NCBI GenBank assembly: GCA_046497275.1
Contig: JAWOFX010000106.1
Span: forward strand, 1-32,000
DNA from: Promethearchaeia archaeon
GTDB lineage: Archaea; Asgardarchaeota; Lokiarchaeia; Sigyniarchaeales; SOKP01
DNA: 32,000 bases
Reading direction: 5' to 3'
Shown here one piece after another: positions 9,751 through 18,398 of the stretch. Positions within the stretch are counted from its first letter, which is position 1; each line of letters opens with the position of its first letter. Made by a program: the position numbers and the translations under genes. Under the pieces are notes generated by a model. The model was not told the origin of the DNA and did no database searches. It saw nothing but the letters and a program-made list of their open reading frames with translations.

Positions 9751-11421
9751 TTAATTTTTAAGTGTCTTAGAGACATAGGGACCATCTAATACATATCCCA
9801 TATCATAGAACCAACTTCTTACTCCAATTCCACTAATGACAGAAAGCTTTTTAGCATCAAAATCTCTTATGGCTATTTCTTCTGCTTCTTCTAATAAAGA
9901 AGTTCCGAATCCTCTATGTTGGAGTTGGGTTTTGTTATAAGGTTTTTTATCTTTTGCAACCAATTCTCCAACAACTTTTATTTCTCTCACGACCATCGTG
10001 TTTCCGTCATTCAACTCTGGTCGATGTGCAAAATCTGATGGTTTTCTTAATCTCAAATATCCAATCAATAGATTATCCTTTTTATTTTCATAAGAAAGAA
10101 ATACTTCATTTCCTTTCGAAGCAATATAATCTTTTCTATATAAACCAACTTCTTTTATAATTGATTCATTTAAAGTTTGTTTTCTAGTTTGGATTCCATA
10201 TTCTCTGCATCGAATACAGTTGCATTTAGAGTTTAGTTCAAGTAATCTTTCATGCACTAGTTGCCTTAAATTGCTTTTTTTACATCCTGCCTCTATTAAA
10301 GGTGCTGGGATATCACGCATGACTCTTTGAATACGTACATATGAAGGTACCATTTGTTTCCAAGTAGCAATAAGGTCGATTAAAATGTCCAAGGGATATG
10401 GTTTATAGGCACCATTTACCCATAACTTATATAATTCTGTTCCCTTTATAACTAAGCATGGATAAATTTTAAGCATGTCTGGTCTATAATTCGGATCTTC
10501 GAAAAGAATTTGAAACATATCTAAATCCTTTTCATATGAAGATCCTGGTAAGTTGGGCATTATGTGAGCGTTTATTTTCAACCCCGCATCCTTGGTTATC
10601 CTAATTGCTTCAATACTATCTTGAGTAGTATGATCTCTATTCACTAATTGATATATCTCATCAAAGACTGTTTGAATTCCAATCTCTACTCTAGTTGTTC
10701 CATATTCAAGCATTTTATCAACATGAGTTCTCTTGCAATAATCAGGCCTTGTTTCTATGGTAATTCCAATGATTCTTCTTTTTGAAGTTTCTGCTAATTT
10801 CTTAGCTTCTTCTAATGTATCCACTCGTTTATTTATAATTGCTTCAAGAGCTCCTTTGATAAATTCTTTTTGATATATTTCATCAGCAGAGAGAAAGGTT
10901 CCTCCCATGATAACTAACTCAATTTTATCAACATTATGGCCGATAGCTTCAAGATCTTCGATTCTACTTCTTACTTGTTTATAAGGATCATAATTATAAT
11001 GAATCGATCTCATTGCAGCTGGTTCTCTTCCCGTGTAGGATTGTGCTACCTTTTCTCCTGGCTGGGATTCAGAGCCAGGACAATAAATACAGTTTCCAGG
11101 GCATTCGAGAGGTTTTGTCATAATAGCAATAACTGATACTCCTGAAATGCTTCTGGTTGTCCTTCTTCTTAATTTAGTATTTATAAGACGTCTTTCTTCT
11201 TTTGTGAAATTTACCTGATCAACATAATCAAGAATAGTTGCATTTTTTATAACTCTACTATAATCGTATTTCTTGGCAAATCTTCCCTTTATGTTTGTGA
11301 TTTTCGAACGTGGTGTCTGAGGATTGCTAAGTAAATAATTTATGGTGCTAAGTGCAATATTTTTAATCTTTTCTTGATTATCAGAAGGATTTAAATTCAT
11401 TTTATTCATGAGATGCATCAA
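9751..11421 (-). CDS. elp3: Elp3 tRNA uridine(34) acetyltransferase (radical SAM + KAT domains)
   Basis: CPGNCIYCP cluster motif, QSYTGREP, MGGTF, ETRPD, RVEIGIQ, LKIYPCLV, CNCIRCRE, QHRGFG, ISGIGVR motifs. Confidence 0.96.
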   Translation of the reverse strand: MMHLMNKMNLNPSDNQEKIKNIALSTINYLLSNPQTPRSKITNIKGRFAKKYDYSRVIKNATILDYVDQVNFTKEERRLINTKLRRRTTRSISGVSVIAIMTKPLECPGNCIYCPGSESQPGEKVAQSYTGREPAAMRSIHYNYDPYKQVRSRIEDLEAIGHNVDKIELVIMGGTFLSADEIYQKEFIKGALEAIINKRVDTLEEAKKLAETSKRRIIGITIETRPDYCKRTHVDKMLEYGTTRVEIGIQTVFDEIYQLVNRDHTTQDSIEAIRITKDAGLKINAHIMPNLPGSSYEKDLDMFQILFEDPNYRPDMLKIYPCLVIKGTELYKLWVNGAYKPYPLDILIDLIATWKQMVPSYVRIQRVMRDIPAPLIEAGCKKSNLRQLVHERLLELNSKCNCIRCREYGIQTRKQTLNESIIKEVGLYRKDYIASKGNEVFLSYENKKDNLLIGYLRLRKPSDFAHRPELNDGNTMVVREIKVVGELVAKDKKPYNKTQLQHRGFGTSLLEEAEEIAIRDFDAKKLSVISGIGVRSWFYDMGYVLDGPYVSKTLKN

Positions 11422-11535
11422 AAATTTAAAGTCAATTTTAATAATCGATTAAAAAACAAATATTTTATTATAATTATGTAAAAGAAAATGAATATTTTTG
11501 ATTAAGAGAATCTAAATGTAATACTAGATTCCATC

Positions 11536-12384
11536 CTAAATTTTTGATTTCTTTCCTGTAATATCTCGCCTAAATTTTCCAAAGTCATCAATTTTACGCA
11601 AAATTTGAGAATTAAACACAGGTCCATCAAAGCATACTAATAAACCCAGTGGATCTAAAGTGCATAATCCACATAATCCACATCCGCACCTCATCATACG
11701 TTCAAGGCTTGCTTCCATAGGAATGTTTTTTTCTTCACAAACATGAAATATTTCATACATCATTTTTTCAGGACCGCAAGTATAAACTAACGCATTTGAC
11801 AAACTTTTTTTGGAATACTTTTTAATCTCATTGTTGAAGATAGTTGAGGCAAAACCTTCACTACCAAAACTTCCATCATCTGTACAAAATATAACATTCG
11901 AGAAATCATGATCAAGTGACTCAAATTGATTAATAAATATGATTTCTCTCTCTTTATTTGCTCCTTCGATTATAGTATGTTTTAATTTTTTTTCTGCTAG
12001 TTTCTTAGCCAGAAAATTAAGAGGTGCTATTCCAGTTCCACCACCAATAAGAAAAATCAGTTTTGTTTTATCTTTTGGAATTGTAAATGAATTCCCCAAG
12101 GGACCTCTAAAACCAATATAATCACCTTGAGAAAGATTGCATAATATATTGGTACACTCACCTACATTTTTAACCGTAATTGTCCAATTTCCTTTCAAAT
12201 CTGCGCCTGATAATGACATAGGAATTTCATCAACTCCGGGAACCCAGACCATTACAAATTGTCCTGGCATAGGTTTTATATTGGAATCTAAAATATTTTT
12301 AACATTAAATGTAAGATTCAAAACACCATCGCATTCCTCTTCTATATTCTTGATTTTAACTGAATTAATTTGATTTTTATTCAA
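11536..12384 (-). CDS. pyrK: Dihydroorotate dehydrogenase electron transfer subunit
   Basis: PGQFVMVW, RGPLGNSF, GGGTGIAP, CGPEKM, CGCGLCGLC and C-x-DGPVF [2Fe-2S] motifs; TTG start overlaps the pyrD TGA stop (TTGA). Confidence 0.94.
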   Translation of the reverse strand: MNKNQINSVKIKNIEEECDGVLNLTFNVKNILDSNIKPMPGQFVMVWVPGVDEIPMSLSGADLKGNWTITVKNVGECTNILCNLSQGDYIGFRGPLGNSFTIPKDKTKLIFLIGGGTGIAPLNFLAKKLAEKKLKHTIIEGANKEREIIFINQFESLDHDFSNVIFCTDDGSFGSEGFASTIFNNEIKKYSKKSLSNALVYTCGPEKMMYEIFHVCEEKNIPMEASLERMMRCGCGLCGLCTLDPLGLLVCFDGPVFNSQILRKIDDFGKFRRDITGKKSKI

Positions 12385-13304
12385 TATTCTGGCTCCTCCT
12401 GAGTTTTGAATGTATGTGCTTCTCCAATTAATTTGGAAATATTATTAATACTATTTCTTTTCAAATAATCTTTTAAATCCTTATTAATTTCAGTCAATGT
12501 ATCAACTCCCTTATGTAATGCTGTGCCTATTTGAACTGCACTTGCTCCTGCCAAAATGAATTCTATAACATCTTTCCAATTAGATATACCACCACAGCCT
12601 ATGATTGGAATTTTTAATTTGTCATAAAGGTCAAAAACTTTTTTAATGGCGATTGGATGGATTGCTCGGCCTGATAAACCCCCATTCCCATGAGAAAGAA
12701 TAGGGGCCTTAACATTAATGTCAATAACCATTGCTGCGAGTGTATTTATTGCTACAACTGCATCAGCACCACCATTTTCAGCAGCTAAACCTATCTTTGT
12801 GATATCAGTCACATTTGGATTAAGTTTGACAAAAAGAGGAACAGATATTTTTTCCTTTAGAGATTTTACTAATGAATATGTGAGCTCTGGATCAACTCCA
12901 ATAGATGAAACCTTAGCGTGGGGGCAGGAAATATTTACTTCTATAGCATCACATCCTGATTTCTCCGCCTTTAATGCAACTTTAATATAGGATTCAATGG
13001 TATCTCCAAAAACACTCACAATTAACGGGAAATCAAAACTTTTAATTTTTTTAATTTCTTCTTGAAATTCATCTATTCCCGGATTCGCCAATCCAACACT
13101 ATTTATAAAAGTTCCTTCAAAAACTTCAAATATAGATGGGTTTTTATATCCTTTCCTTGGTCGAGGACCAACAGATTTAGTAGTTATTGCTCCCGCCCCA
13201 GCATCAATCACTCGTTTCATAGAGGAATAGGAAACACCCAATATCCCAGAAGCTAATATCAATGGAGATTGTAATTTTAATACACCAATATTTGTTTCTA
13301 GCAT
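12381..13304 (-). CDS. pyrD: Dihydroorotate dehydrogenase (family 1B) catalytic subunit
   Basis: LASG, TKS, NSVGLANPG, EVNISCPH, KLNPN, GGLSG, GCGGI, VQIGTA motifs. Confidence 0.96.
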   Translation of the reverse strand: MLETNIGVLKLQSPLILASGILGVSYSSMKRVIDAGAGAITTKSVGPRPRKGYKNPSIFEVFEGTFINSVGLANPGIDEFQEEIKKIKSFDFPLIVSVFGDTIESYIKVALKAEKSGCDAIEVNISCPHAKVSSIGVDPELTYSLVKSLKEKISVPLFVKLNPNVTDITKIGLAAENGGADAVVAINTLAAMVIDINVKAPILSHGNGGLSGRAIHPIAIKKVFDLYDKLKIPIIGCGGISNWKDVIEFILAGASAVQIGTALHKGVDTLTEINKDLKDYLKRNSINNISKLIGEAHTFKTQEEPEY

Positions 13305-13330
13305 TTGTTTCTAGAATTTGTTTCTAGCAT
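13290..13330. repeat. 13-bp tandem repeat x3 (ATTTGTTTCTAGC/A) spanning the pyrD start codon
   Basis: atttgtttctagc (13290-13302), atttgtttctaga (13303-13315), atttgtttctagc (13316-13328), then 'at'. Confidence 0.9.
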
Positions 13331-13392
13331 TATTATTATTTAAGTATTAAACATTAATAATATTACAAGTCTATTTATGAGAGCGTCTAAAA

Positions 13393-14574
13393 ATGAAATG
13401 TTATATTATTGACACTTTGATTGGATTATTTGCGCAAGATAATCAAGGGAATTTATTAAATTTTAGAAATTTTAATGATCAAACAGAAAGCGCAATAAAT
13501 TTCTTCACAAAACTCGATCAAGGAGAATTATTAGAAGAATATATAAATCTTTTGGATGAATTAACAAATTCTGGATTTGATACATTTATATTTGATAATG
13601 AAAATCTGAAAGCTGCGACCTCAGAAAAATTACATATAAATGCCAAATTAGAACCATCATCCTTAGAATTTAAGAATTTTAGATCCAACCTTCTTGAGAA
13701 ATTAAAAACAATTGGATTGAACTACACTGAACAAGAAATTAAAAAAAGGTATAAAAAGATAAGCCAAGAACTTATACGGCAAAAAGTTAGAGAGGCAGGT
13801 GAAGAAAAGGATATATTTATTGTTCAAGTAATCGAGATATTAGATTCTCTCAAAGAAGCAATAAGTCAATTTTCAAGTCGCTTGAGGGAATGGTATGGCT
13901 TACATTTTCCCGAACTCACCGATAGGATTATTGAGGATAATATATTATTAGCCGAAATTGTTGCAAAGGTAGGAAACAGAAAAAACTACAATGAAGAAGT
14001 TTTTAAAAACGGATTTGAAATTCCCCAAAGATTAATAGAGAAGTTAATAAATATGTCCACGAAATCAATGGGAGCAGATATCAATCTCAAAATGGTTAAA
14101 GATTTCGCTCAACAGATTCTCTCAATCAATAATTATAGAATATCTTTAGAATCATATTTAGAGGATCTTATGTCCATAACGGCACCAAATATTCAAGCTA
14201 TTGTAGGATCTCTCATAGGTGCAAAATTAATCGCAAAAGCAGGAAATCTTCGAAAATTAGCATTTATGCCAGCTTCAAGAATCCAACTTTTAGGAGCTGA
14301 GACCGCGTTATATAGACATTTAAAATCGGGACAAAAGCTCCCCAAACATGGAATTATTTTTCAATGGCAGCAAATTCGTGGAAATCCCCCTTGGATACGG
14401 GGGAATATAGCGAGATTAATTGCTGGTAAACTGGGGTTAGCAGCAAAAATAGACTATTTTTCCGGAGATTTTGTAGGGGAAGAATATGCAAAAGAGATTG
14501 AAGAAAAGATCGAAGAAATAAAGAAAAAATATCCAACACCTCCCGAAAGAAAACCAAAGAAAAAAAGGAAATAA
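13393..14574 (+). CDS. nop5: Nop5 (Nop56/58) box C/D sRNP core protein
   Basis: RLREWYGLHFPEL, APNIQAIVGSLIGAKLIAKAG, PASRIQLLGAETALYRHL, PKHGIIFQ, GNIARLIAGKLGLAAKIDYF. Confidence 0.96.
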   Translation: MKCYIIDTLIGLFAQDNQGNLLNFRNFNDQTESAINFFTKLDQGELLEEYINLLDELTNSGFDTFIFDNENLKAATSEKLHINAKLEPSSLEFKNFRSNLLEKLKTIGLNYTEQEIKKRYKKISQELIRQKVREAGEEKDIFIVQVIEILDSLKEAISQFSSRLREWYGLHFPELTDRIIEDNILLAEIVAKVGNRKNYNEEVFKNGFEIPQRLIEKLINMSTKSMGADINLKMVKDFAQQILSINNYRISLESYLEDLMSITAPNIQAIVGSLIGAKLIAKAGNLRKLAFMPASRIQLLGAETALYRHLKSGQKLPKHGIIFQWQQIRGNPPWIRGNIARLIAGKLGLAAKIDYFSGDFVGEEYAKEIEEKIEEIKKKYPTPPERKPKKKRK

Positions 14575-14591
14575 TGAGTTGATATGATATA

Positions 14592-15284
14592 ATGAATAAT
14601 ATTAAAATCCGAAAACACCCAAAAATATATAATGTATTTGTATCGGGGCCTTTATCCAATCCGCGTTTATATACAAGGAATTTAGTTCCTGGAAGAAAAA
14701 TTTATGATGAAAAATTAATTGAGGTTGATGGGATTGAATATAGAAGCTGGGATCCCAAAAGAAGTAAATTAGCGGCTATTTTTATAAATGATCCCTCAAT
14801 TAGTTTTTTGAGAAAAGCTAATAAATGTTTGTACCTAGGTGCCGCTTCAGGGACTACAATTTCACATCTTAGCGATATTTTACCTAATGGAATAATTTAT
14901 GCAGTAGAATTTTCTGAGCGCAGCATTCGACAATTAATTCAAAATACTTCAGATAGAAAAAATGTAATTCCTATATTAGCAGATGCACGCTATCCAGTAG
15001 ATTATGCAAATGCCATTTTTACTGATATTGATTTAGTCTATCAAGATGTTGCTCAACCAAATCAATCTGAAATTATAGTTAAAAATATGGATTATTATCT
15101 TAAAAAAAATGGAACTTTTATCTTTCTAATAAAATCACAATCAATTGATAGTATCTCAAAATCAGAGAAAATTTACAGCGAGGAAAAAAAAATTCTCCAA
15201 AAAGCAGAGTATAAAATACAAGAAAGTATCAATATTCATAATTTCGCTAAAAATCATATAGCTTTAATTGGAGAGAAAAAATAA
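14592..15284 (+). CDS. flpA: Fibrillarin-like rRNA/tRNA 2'-O-methyltransferase
   Basis: YRSWDPKRSKLAA, LYLGAASGTTISH, YAVEFS, NVIPILADAR, YQDVAQPNQ motifs; directly downstream of nop5. Confidence 0.97.
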   Translation: MNNIKIRKHPKIYNVFVSGPLSNPRLYTRNLVPGRKIYDEKLIEVDGIEYRSWDPKRSKLAAIFINDPSISFLRKANKCLYLGAASGTTISHLSDILPNGIIYAVEFSERSIRQLIQNTSDRKNVIPILADARYPVDYANAIFTDIDLVYQDVAQPNQSEIIVKNMDYYLKKNGTFIFLIKSQSIDSISKSEKIYSEEKKILQKAEYKIQESINIHNFAKNHIALIGEKK

Positions 15285-15350
15285 TATTTTGCTTACTTTT
15301 TCATATTGAAACTGTAAATCATTTTACCCATATCTAATGATTTAGACGAT

Positions 15351-16074
15351 TTATTCATTAAAATATTGAGTTATTTTCCTATTATAAAGCTCTAAATCCA
15401 AGATTTTTTTTGTTGTCTGCCATGTTTTTCGAGCAAATGTTGGTGCTCTTTTTTCGATACGGATCCATTCTTTTAAAAAATTTATAGTAAGCTCATCAGA
15501 GGGATATCCTGAGCCAAGATCTGAATATCCCATATTTAAATATTTTTCTCGCAAGGAAGTTATAATCATATCGCGTTTATGTTTTGCAATGATTGACGCT
15601 GCTGAAACGATGGGATAATTTTCATCTGCCTTATGCTCTGATATTAATTTTAGAGGTTTATAATCTAATTTTTTACCAATCAAATTTTTAAATTTTTCCG
15701 CATTCGTATCGGCAGCATCCATATAAACTATGTCTGGCTTTAATTCATTGATTATTTCTGCAAATTTATTCATTTCGAGGCCATTTAAATTAATATCATT
15801 ATCAAATCTTTTATCAATCTCTTGAGCAGATATAACTAACGAATCATAACACACACAAGCATTTTTTATTAATTTAGAAAGATTTGCACGCTTTTCTGGA
15901 CTCAATAATTTAGAATCTTTTACTCCAATCTTTTCGAGATAATGTAAATTTGATTGTGCAAAACAAACACCGCAAACAACCAGTGGACCTAATACGGGGC
16001 CTTTTGGGCAATTAGGCGATATGCCTTAAATAACTCCCAGCCTCGTCAATTCCACAGATTAAAAAATCTTTCAT
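15351..16074 (-). CDS. rnhB: Ribonuclease HII, split gene: exon 1 = 16074-16034, exon 2 = 16002-15351; 230 aa if spliced
   Basis: Exon 1 reads MKDFLICGIDEAG(AG) and exon 2 reads (A)GPVLGPLVVCG...GVKDSKLLSPEKR...YMDAAD...EHKADENYPIVSAASIIAK...GSGYPSD. Joined length is 41+652=693 nt, i.e. 231 codons in one open frame. The ORF track caught only 15351-15905. Confidence 0.93.
16003..16033 (-). other. Putative 31-nt bulge-helix-bulge intron in the rnhB mRNA
   Basis: Minus-strand sequence UUAUUUAAGGCAUAUCGCCUAAUUGCCCAAA. Central helix UGGG(16039-36)/CCCA(16008-05), 3-nt bulges AG|U (16035-33) and AA|A (16004-02), internal hairpin AGGC-AUAUC-GCCU. Removal gives DEAGRGP. Confidence 0.85.
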
Positions 16075-16220
16075 TATAATATTATCAGATTTGTGTAAAA
16101 ATTCGATTTTAATTAATATATTAAAACATTTTAATCGATAAAAAAATAAATATTGTTATATAATAAAGCAGTAATAAAATATTATTGGAATACTTAGAGA
16201 TATCGAGTTTTAATACAATT

Positions 16221-17243
16221 CTAATTAATTGAAGTAGATTTTTCTGAATCTTGTACGAGGTTTATGAATTCTTCCTCATCATCGATTTTTTCTAATTGTT
16301 TAATCTTAATAATCGGAATTTTCTCCTTCGGAAGATTTTTAGGTATTTTTATACCATTATTTATGATAAATATCGCTTGCTTATGAAACAAATTTGTAAG
16401 GATTTTTAAATTTTGTAGGCATTTTAAATTGATCTCCTTAATTTTTTCTTTTTCAGAAACCTCAGAGAATAATGGATAAAATTGATTTTCTATATCTACT
16501 TCCAAATTTTTGGAAGAGAGTAAGACTTCGAAAGGGAATTGCCTTTTATACCAATATGATTTTATACCAATATCTTCAATAATATCTCGAAGATGTTCCT
16601 CAAAAGGACTTAATTCTTTTTCTTTTTCAATAGTCAATTTTTCGAAATCGAATTTAAAATGCCAATCTAACACATCTATATTTCGTACAAAAGAGTTAGA
16701 GCCCAGAGCTTTTCCAAGTTTCTCGGCAATCTCCATTGAGGGTCTCATATTTTCGCTTTCATATGAGCAGAGAGTTCTTTTTGTTATTCCAATCTGATCT
16801 GATAATTCTTTTCTAGATATTTTTTTCTCTTCCCTCAGTTTTTTCATAATATCTCCATCAAGAAAAACAACACCACCCCCTCTTCTAGCCAAAATATAGG
16901 GATAAAATCCTTCTCTTAATATTTTTTCTAAAGTATTTATATTGATAAAGGGTAAACCTTCTCGTATATATATTGTATTATCTTCCAGCTTTTGGTATCT
17001 ATTTTTCATTCCAATAAGAAGAGGTTTTGATTTTAAAAGTTTTGAAAGTAATTTAATACCTTCAAGTATATCCTCATTAATATTATCGATATTTGAAAAT
17101 AATTTTACTATAAATACCAGATTATACTTCTTGACTAGAAAATCGTAGCAGTAGCTCTGTCTGTTAGTATTAAATCTGAATGAAAATGTTTCAAACTGTG
17201 CTTCATTTAATAGATGTTCAATTTTTTGTAAAATTTTTTCCAT
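16221..17243 (-). CDS. Archaeal Cro/C1 HTH-type transcriptional regulator (nuclease-like N-terminal domain + XRE HTH; COG1395-like)
   Basis: CYDFLVKK..FIVKLFSNID, IREGLP, ARRGGGVVFLDG, KISRKELSDQIGITKRTLCSYESENMRPS HTH. Confidence 0.85.
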   Translation of the reverse strand: MEKILQKIEHLLNEAQFETFSFRFNTNRQSYCYDFLVKKYNLVFIVKLFSNIDNINEDILEGIKLLSKLLKSKPLLIGMKNRYQKLEDNTIYIREGLPFININTLEKILREGFYPYILARRGGGVVFLDGDIMKKLREEKKISRKELSDQIGITKRTLCSYESENMRPSMEIAEKLGKALGSNSFVRNIDVLDWHFKFDFEKLTIEKEKELSPFEEHLRDIIEDIGIKSYWYKRQFPFEVLLSSKNLEVDIENQFYPLFSEVSEKEKIKEINLKCLQNLKILTNLFHKQAIFIINNGIKIPKNLPKEKIPIIKIKQLEKIDDEEEFINLVQDSEKSTSIN

Positions 17244-17302
17244 TTGTTCTACTAGTACTATACGATTTGTATTAAAAAATCTTTATTGTTATTAAGAATA
17301 AT

Positions 17303-18118
17303 CTAAAAATGATATCTAAAAATTTGAAGAACTTCCTTTCCCTCTTTGGTTAAATAGATCTTTTTGTTTCTTTTATGATCTGATACATTAATATAATTTA
17401 ATTCCGAATTCAACCTATTTAGATATTTTTTGCTGTTCATATATTTACTTGCTTTTAATTTCCTTTCATCTTTATTCTTATTTTGTAAAGTTAATACTTT
17501 CTCTTTATAGAGCTGTTCAACTAAATCTTTTTTATATATAAATTTTCTTTTCTTTTCATTGTAATCTTTTCCCTTATATCTTTCTTCTATTAATTTATCA
17601 ATTAATTTGAGGATTTTAATATATATTTCTTTTGGTTTTTTCAAAGGAAAAGTTAGGGGCTCAATAAGGATCATTTCACCTTTATGTTCGGGGCCCTCAC
17701 CAGATGGATTATAATCTGTAGAGTAAACATAGTAGATATCGCAGTCCCACAATTTTGCTGCTTCAACAGATGCAATACCAGTTAATTTCGATCCTGATCC
17801 AACATTAATATAAATCTCGCAATTAGGATTTTCTTCTCTTTCATCTTTAATAATTTTAGAGATCTCTTGAATAACCTCGATATAATTGGCATAGTCAACT
17901 TCTTTTTTAATTATTTCAAGTTGAGGGAGTTTATTTTTAAGAAGTTCTATATTTTGCTCTAAATATGATAAATTCTGATCCTTTTGTCCCGTGTCACGAA
18001 TGTAGGCGGTGAAATAATATAATTTGTTTGGAGGATGATCAAGTAAAGGTTTTGTTATTCGGTCTTTTTCTCTTGAATTGAAAACGAGATGGATTTGTTT
18101 TGTGAAGATATTAATCAC
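17303..18118 (-). CDS. CARF/Csa3-like Rossmann domain + C-terminal winged-helix regulator (DUF6293/HFX_2341-like)
   Basis: E.DRI..P motif, IYINVGSGSKLTGIA loop, YYV, C-terminal K..IYLTKEGKEVL wing. Confidence 0.7.
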   Translation of the reverse strand: MINIFTKQIHLVFNSREKDRITKPLLDHPPNKLYYFTAYIRDTGQKDQNLSYLEQNIELLKNKLPQLEIIKKEVDYANYIEVIQEISKIIKDEREENPNCEIYINVGSGSKLTGIASVEAAKLWDCDIYYVYSTDYNPSGEGPEHKGEMILIEPLTFPLKKPKEIYIKILKLIDKLIEERYKGKDYNEKKRKFIYKKDLVEQLYKEKVLTLQNKNKDERKLKASKYMNSKKYLNRLNSELNYINVSDHKRNKKIYLTKEGKEVLQIFRYHF

Positions 18119-18398
18119 TTTTTAATTATGTTAAATGTGATTATTTAATAAAATTAATTCATCATTATATATTTTAAACTAAAATCTTAGTTAAAAATTT
18201 AGCTCTTGTAAATTTTGAAAGATTTTTTTCTACTTTTAATATTCTAACAAAAGACCCCCTTTAGAAAAATTTTAATTAAAGGTTATGAAAACTTAATTAT
18301 TTAAATTTGAATTCAAATAAAAATCAGAATTTTTTATAATGGATTGTTAATTTAGAAATATATTATACGACGATCAGTATAAATTAAATGATGAGTAA

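Noticed and set aside
15351-15905. ORF-track 184-aa RNase HII starting at TTG 15905, or calling rnhB a pseudogene
   Set aside because: The 184-aa form lacks the catalytic DE residues. The missing N-terminus is intact upstream, and the interruption is a precise BHB element with no other lesions.
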